Shown here: positions 35,182 through 39,735 of the stretch, in pieces
Layout: each line of letters starts with the position of its first letter
Position numbering within the stretch: the first letter of the stretch is position 1
Source of the DNA: Burkholderiales bacterium
GTDB lineage: Bacteria > Pseudomonadota > Gammaproteobacteria > Burkholderiales > SG8-39
Assembly: GCA_964202115.1 (NCBI GenBank)
Contig: CAXNIK010000003.1
Coordinates: 1-39,735, forward strand
Length of the DNA stretch: 39,735 nucleotides
Direction: 5' to 3'
Program-made: the position numbers and the translations under genes
The notes under the pieces: model-generated
What the model saw: only the letters and a program-made list of their open reading frames with translations
Databases searched by the model: none
Told to the model about the DNA's origin: nothing

Positions 35182-36375
35182 ATGAGCGGACCACTCTCTG
35201 GTTTTCGCATCATCGATCTGTCTACGGTGGTCATGGGACCGTTTGCCACGCAGATCCTCAGTGACTACGGCGCCGATGTGATCAAGGTGGAGTCGAGCGA
35301 CGGGGACATCCTGCGCGCCGCGGGTCCCGGGCGCAATCCCGGTATGGGGCATCTTTACCTGAATACCAACCGCGGAAAACGCTCCATCGTCATCGACCTG
35401 AAGCACTCCGACGGACGACAGGTTCTGCTGGATCTAGCCAAAAGCGCCGATGCCCTGGTGTACAACATCCGGCCGCAGGCCATGGCGCGTCTGGGACTGA
35501 AGTACGAGGATCTGGCCGCAGTGAATCCGCGCATCATCTATGTGGGCGCGTTCGGCTTCAGCCAGCGTGGTCCTTATGCGGATCGTCCCGCCTACGACGA
35601 CCTGATCCAGGGCATGGCAGGCATTCCCTGGCTATCGCAGCAGGCGGGGTACGAAGTCCCGCGCTACGCGCCGATGATACTGGCCGATCGCATGGTGGGC
35701 ATGATGGTGGCGAACGCATTGCTCAGCGCGCTGCTGCACCGCGAACGCACCGGGCAGGGACAGAAAATCGATGTCCCCATGTTTGAGTCGCTGGTGTCCA
35801 TCGTGCTGTCCGAGCACCTGGCCGGCAGGATGTTCGATCCACCGCAGGGGCCCGTCGGTTATCCGCGCAGCCTCACACCGGAACGACGGCCATACCAGAC
35901 CAGGGACGGCTACATCTGCGTCATGGTCTATAACGACAGACACTGGCGGGCGTTTCTTACCGCCATCGGCGATGCGGAAAGATTCGACAAGGACCCGCGC
36001 TTCTCGTCCCATCCCGCCCGGCACGCCAACATCGGCGAGGTGTATCGCTATCTGGGGGAAGTCCTGGCCACGCGCACCACGGCGGAATGGCTGTCGCTGT
36101 TCCAGGAACAGGACATACCAGCGGCGCCCATGTACTCCATCGAGGACATCCTGAGCAACGAGCACCTGGCCGCGATCGGCTTCTTTTCGCGCCAGCAGCA
36201 TCCCACCGAAGGGGCGATCACCAGTATGGCCATAGCGGCGGAGTGGTCGCATTCACGGCCGGACGTGCCGGGGCACGCGCCAGCGCTGGGTGAGAACACG
36301 GAGGCAGTGCTGAAGGAGATCGGTTATTCGTCTGAAGAAATTACCGCCCTGATGGGCCGCGGGGCAATCGCATAA
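35182..36375 (+). CDS. CaiB/BaiF family III CoA-transferase
   Basis: GPLSGFRIIDLS.VVMGP, NRGKRS, NIRP, PAYDDLIQG, catalytic Asp in ILADRM, APALGENT. Confidence 0.92.
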   Translation: MSGPLSGFRIIDLSTVVMGPFATQILSDYGADVIKVESSDGDILRAAGPGRNPGMGHLYLNTNRGKRSIVIDLKHSDGRQVLLDLAKSADALVYNIRPQAMARLGLKYEDLAAVNPRIIYVGAFGFSQRGPYADRPAYDDLIQGMAGIPWLSQQAGYEVPRYAPMILADRMVGMMVANALLSALLHRERTGQGQKIDVPMFESLVSIVLSEHLAGRMFDPPQGPVGYPRSLTPERRPYQTRDGYICVMVYNDRHWRAFLTAIGDAERFDKDPRFSSHPARHANIGEVYRYLGEVLATRTTAEWLSLFQEQDIPAAPMYSIEDILSNEHLAAIGFFSRQQHPTEGAITSMAIAAEWSHSRPDVPGHAPALGENTEAVLKEIGYSSEEITALMGRGAIA

Positions 36376-36438
36376 ACAACATTTGATCCGTCCGCCGCCA
36401 GGCTGCCTGCGCTTGACTCTCCTGCTGTGCGCAGGTGA

Positions 36439-37578
36439 TCAGACAACACCCCGGGCCCGCCAGTCGGCCGCCTCCCGCTCCCCCAACCACTCAACCAGGG
36501 CCGCATCGGTGTCGGCCGCGTTGATTTCCCTGGGCGGTTCCGGCTTATTCGGAACGGTGCGGCTGAACCTGGGGGCAGGCGCAGGCTGAAGGGTGCCGCC
36601 CACGTCGACAAAGGCCTCGCGTGCCTGCATGTGCGGATGCTGCGGCGCTTCGGCCATGGACAGCACCGGTGCGAAACACGCGTCGGTGCCCTCGAGCAGT
36701 TCGCACCACGCCTTGCGTGTGCGCTGCCGGAATTTTTCGGTGAACACCGCCTGCGCCTTTGGCCAGTCGTTTCGGTCCTGCTGATCGCCCACCTTCGCCG
36801 GATCGATGTCCATGCGTCTGAGCAGTTCGGCGAAGAACTTGCTCTCGATCGCCGCCACCGACACCCACAATCCGTCGGCGCACTGATAGACACCGTAGAA
36901 GTAGGCGCCCGAGTCCGTCCGGTTGGTGCCGCGCTCCAGGTTCCACAGGCCTCCGGCGAACTGGCCGTAGAAGGAGGACATCAGCGAGGCCGTGCCATCG
37001 ACGATGGCGGCATCCACCACCTGCCCCTTGCCCGACTGCCGGGCCTCGATGATGCCGGCCAGCAGCCCCATCACCAGATACATCGACCCGCCGGCAAAGT
37101 CCCCCAGCACATTCAGCGGTGGAGTAGGAGGCTGGTCGCGCCCGCCGATGGCATGCAGGGCACCGGTGACGGCGATGTAGTTGAGATCGTGGCCGGCCGC
37201 CGAAGCCAGCGGCCCGGTCTGTCCCCAGCCGGTCATGCGCCCATAGACCAGGCGCTGATTTCTTGCCATGCAAGGCTCCGGTCCCAGGCCCAGCCTTTCG
37301 GTCACGCCAGGACGAAAGCCCTCGATCAGCGCATCGGCGTTCTCGAGCAGGCGCAGCACCAGTTCGATGGCGCGCGGATCTTTCAGGTCCAGCGCAATTG
37401 ATTTGCGGCCGCGCAACAGCGCGTTGAACTTCAGCGGCCGCGCGGTGCCCAGCTCAACTGGCGTCTTGCGGTCGATGCGCAACACCGTTGCGCCCAGGTC
37501 GGCCAGCAGCATGGCCGCCATGGGACCTGGCCCGATGCCGGCCAGCTCAATGACCTTGATGCCGGCCAAAGGTCCCAT
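36439..37578 (-). CDS. Alpha-methylacyl-CoA racemase-like CaiB/BaiF protein
   Basis: GPLAGIKVIELAGIGPGP, EGFRPGVTERLG, GRMTGWGQ, AGHDLNY (His) and LGDFAGG (Asp) matching the Mcr/AMACR acid-base pair, PAPAPRFSRT. Confidence 0.88.
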   Translation of the reverse strand: MGPLAGIKVIELAGIGPGPMAAMLLADLGATVLRIDRKTPVELGTARPLKFNALLRGRKSIALDLKDPRAIELVLRLLENADALIEGFRPGVTERLGLGPEPCMARNQRLVYGRMTGWGQTGPLASAAGHDLNYIAVTGALHAIGGRDQPPTPPLNVLGDFAGGSMYLVMGLLAGIIEARQSGKGQVVDAAIVDGTASLMSSFYGQFAGGLWNLERGTNRTDSGAYFYGVYQCADGLWVSVAAIESKFFAELLRRMDIDPAKVGDQQDRNDWPKAQAVFTEKFRQRTRKAWCELLEGTDACFAPVLSMAEAPQHPHMQAREAFVDVGGTLQPAPAPRFSRTVPNKPEPPREINAADTDAALVEWLGEREAADWRARGVV

Positions 37579-37610
37579 TCAATCGCTCCCCTAGACTCCA
37601 GCCGGCCCGC

Positions 37611-38021
37611 TCAGGCAGGCGTGAACTTGGGCAGGGTGATCTCCGGCGTCACCGTTTCGAACACCACCTTCACCGGCATGTCGATGCGCACTGTTTTCGG
37701 ATCGCAGCCGATGATGTTGCTCATCATGCGCACCCCCTCCTCCAGCTCGATGATGGCGACCACAAAGGGCACATCGTTGGCAAAACCGGGGTGTGGTGCG
37801 CGGTAGGAGATGGTGAAGGTATGCACCTTGCCGCGGCCGGAGGAATCAAACCACTCGAGCTTGCTGCCCAGGCAGTGGCTGCAGACGCCGCGCGGATAGA
37901 ACTGCGGCTTGCCGCAGTCCAGGCAGCGCTGGAGGATGAGTCGCTTCTCCTTCGCCGCGTCCCAGTAGGGCTGGGTGTCCTGATAAGGCTGCGGTATGGG
38001 TTTCTGCTTGTTCTCGGCCAT
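37611..38021 (-). CDS. DUF35 (Zn-ribbon + OB-fold) protein
   Basis: PYW.A, CxxC..YPR..CxxC (CLDC, CSHC), SGRGKVHTFT, ELEEGVRMMSN, IDMPVKVVF. Confidence 0.92.
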   Translation of the reverse strand: MAENKQKPIPQPYQDTQPYWDAAKEKRLILQRCLDCGKPQFYPRGVCSHCLGSKLEWFDSSGRGKVHTFTISYRAPHPGFANDVPFVVAIIELEEGVRMMSNIIGCDPKTVRIDMPVKVVFETVTPEITLPKFTPA

Positions 38022-38022
38022 G

Positions 38023-39186
38023 TCACACCCTCCCAAGAATTACGGTGCCGGTGGACGACAACACGCCACCGGTGCCATTGCACAGCGCCAGCTCGGCATC
38101 CTTCACCTGTCGCGGACCGCACTCGCCGCGCACCTGCCGCACCGCCTCGATCAAGGTGAATATGCCGAACATGCCCGGGTGGGTATAGGACAGCGCCCCT
38201 CCCTGGGTATTCATGGGGAAATCGCCGCCGGGCGCGGTACGCTGGCCGGAGACGAAGGCCCCGCCCTCGCCCTTCTTGCAAAAGCCCAGGCTCTCCAGCG
38301 TCAGCAGCACGGTGATGGTGAAGCTGTCGTAGATCTCGGCAACGTCGATGTCCTTGTGTGTGACACCGGCGCGCTCGAAGGCCAGCTTGCCCGAGATCGC
38401 CGCTGCCGTCTGCGTGAAGTCCGGCATCTGGCTAATCATGCGGTGATCGTGCGCCTCGCCGGTGCCGAGCACGGCCACCGGGCGTTTCTTCAGGTCCTTG
38501 GCCCGTTCCATCGAGGTCAGCACCACGGCGCCGCCGGCGTCGGTAACCAGGCAGCAGTCCAGCACATGCAGCGGCGAGGACACCATGCGCGAATTGAGCA
38601 CATCCTCGATGCTGATGGGCGCGCGCATCAGCGCCTTGGGATTCATCGATGCCCACTTGCGCGTAGCCACGGCGATCTCGGCCAGTTGCTCGCTGGTGGT
38701 GCCGTATTCATGCATGTGGCGCTGTGCGGCCAGGGCGTAGGAGCTGACCGTGGAGGTGCCGTAGGGCTCCTCGAACTGCGCCGGACCGTACACCGTCTCG
38801 CGCGTGGAGACCGGCCCAGCGCGGCCGCCGCGATCGGAGATGTTGGTGCTGCCGTGGCAGATCAGCGCCACTTCGCACAGGCCGGCATGGATGGCGGCGG
38901 CGGCATGCTCGACATAGACGACGAAGGACGAGCCGCCAATCGAGGTCGAGTCGGTATATCGCGGTCGTATACCCATGTATTCGGACATGAGCATCGAGGA
39001 AGACTCTCCGCCCTGGGTGATGATGGTGGTGAACACGCCGTCCACATCCTTGACGGACAGGCCGGCATCGTCCAGCGCGAGGCGGCTGGCCTCGGCGGAG
39101 AGCTGATACTTGCTCTTGTGCGGAACACGGCCGATGTCGGATTCGGCGACACCAACGATTGCTGCTTTCTTGTATAGCGCATTCAT
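38023..39186 (-). CDS. Thiolase-superfamily protein (SCP2/Ltp2-like, lacking the nucleophilic Cys)
   Basis: AAIVGVAE, IGGSS (no Cys), NPKA, DCCLVTDAGGA, EIYDSFT, NTQGGALSYTHPG, EAVRQVRGE. Confidence 0.88.
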   Translation of the reverse strand: MNALYKKAAIVGVAESDIGRVPHKSKYQLSAEASRLALDDAGLSVKDVDGVFTTIITQGGESSSMLMSEYMGIRPRYTDSTSIGGSSFVVYVEHAAAAIHAGLCEVALICHGSTNISDRGGRAGPVSTRETVYGPAQFEEPYGTSTVSSYALAAQRHMHEYGTTSEQLAEIAVATRKWASMNPKALMRAPISIEDVLNSRMVSSPLHVLDCCLVTDAGGAVVLTSMERAKDLKKRPVAVLGTGEAHDHRMISQMPDFTQTAAAISGKLAFERAGVTHKDIDVAEIYDSFTITVLLTLESLGFCKKGEGGAFVSGQRTAPGGDFPMNTQGGALSYTHPGMFGIFTLIEAVRQVRGECGPRQVKDAELALCNGTGGVLSSTGTVILGRV

Positions 39187-39204
39187 AGGCGGACCTCAGG
39201 TTTC

Positions 39205-39339
39205 GATCTCAACAGAGATCATCGGATAAGGGACATTGAAACCGGCTGCAGTGAAGCGTCAGATCCCGTTATACCGCCGGGTCCACGTGAACGGCGGCCC
39301 ACGTGAAATGCGCTTCATCTTATATTGCAAATTATTGCA
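39205..39339 (-). promoter_or_regulatory. Leader of the thiolase/DUF35/racemase unit with palindromes GATCTC-N4-GAGATC (39205-39220), TGCAA-N4-TTGCA (39326-39339) and direct repeat CCACGTGAA (39283, 39299)
   Basis: Read directly from the sequence; a TATAAC hexamer lies on the minus strand at 39268-39273. Confidence 0.4.
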
Positions 39340-39343
39340 CGGC

Positions 39344-39735
39344 TCACGCCGCCGCGGAGTCAAATCTCTGCGCGAATCCCCAGCCGATCTCTGCCAGCGC
39401 CGCCACGCTCTGATGCTCATGCGCGAACTGGACGCTTGAGCCCATCCCGTCCAGGGCTCGCTTTTTCACCCCCTGCATGATGCCGGCCATGCGGAACAGG
39501 TTGTAGGCGAGATAGAAATCCCAGGCGGCGATGCGCTCGCGCCCGGTGTGCCGGCAGTAGGCCGCCACGTAGTCCTGCTCCGGCGGAATGCCCAGGCGCG
39601 GCAGGTCCAGCCCGTGAATCCCGCGAAACACGCTGGGCGGGATGTGCCAGGCCATGCATTGATAGGACAGGTCGGCCAGCGGATGGCCCAGGGTGGAGAG
39701 CTCCCAGTCCAGCAGCGCCAGCACGCGCGGCTCGC
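39344..39735 (-). CDS. Partial (5'-truncated) APH/choline-kinase-like phosphotransferase, ACAD10/11 N-terminal kinase type
   Basis: ALLDWELSTLGHPLADLSY..M.W, GIP...Y...YC..TGR, WDFYLAYNLFR.AGI.QGV..RA..G. Confidence 0.85.
   Translation of the reverse strand, partial: EPRVLALLDWELSTLGHPLADLSYQCMAWHIPPSVFRGIHGLDLPRLGIPPEQDYVAAYCRHTGRERIAAWDFYLAYNLFRMAGIMQGVKKRALDGMGSSVQFAHEHQSVAALAEIGWGFAQRFDSAAA

Noticed and set aside
36406-36435. Inverted repeat CCTGCGC-N16-GCGCAGG between convergent CaiB genes as a terminator
   Set aside because: Large loop and no U-tract; plausible but unsupported.
2905-39177. Many long antisense or alternative-frame ORFs (e.g. 2905..4167-, 5950..7167+, 10230..11471+, 11834..12940-, 20980..22344+, 25044..26669+, 37996..39177+)
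   Set aside because: They shadow well-supported genes and have no recognisable motifs. This is expected from high GC3 codon bias.
1-39735. CRISPR arrays, tRNA/rRNA, transposases, integrases or phage genes
   Set aside because: No regularly spaced repeats, RNA-gene signatures or mobile-element ORFs were seen; almost all sequence is accounted for by metabolic genes.

Overview
GC-rich, betaproteobacterial-looking (Burkholderiales-like) catabolic region of about 38 genes, mostly on the minus strand. It is dominated by CoA-dependent acid degradation. The enzymes are 8 acyl-CoA dehydrogenase-family genes (including two alpha/beta heteromeric-type sets), 4 CaiB/BaiF family III CoA-transferases/racemases, 3 crotonases, a 3-hydroxyacyl-CoA dehydrogenase, 2 Zn-independent MDR reductases, an ADP-forming acyl-CoA ligase, a Cys-less thiolase with a DUF35 partner and an APH-like kinase. 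There are also 6 intact orphan Bug/TctC solute-binding proteins, one Bug remnant, an MFS transporter and an IclR regulator. Three parts stand out. (1) A Bug-TauD-Bug-PAL-like lyase-Bug run could be a copper-free bacterial analogue of peptidylglycine alpha-amidation (hydroxylate, then cleave). (2) A non-canonical LeuCD pair is translationally coupled to a D-2-hydroxyacid dehydrogenase rather than LeuB. (3) An isolated receiver-class III nucleotide cyclase has Arg at the usual adenine-specifying Lys. No rRNA, tRNA, CRISPR array or IS element was seen. All functional calls come from motifs read by eye; no searches were run.
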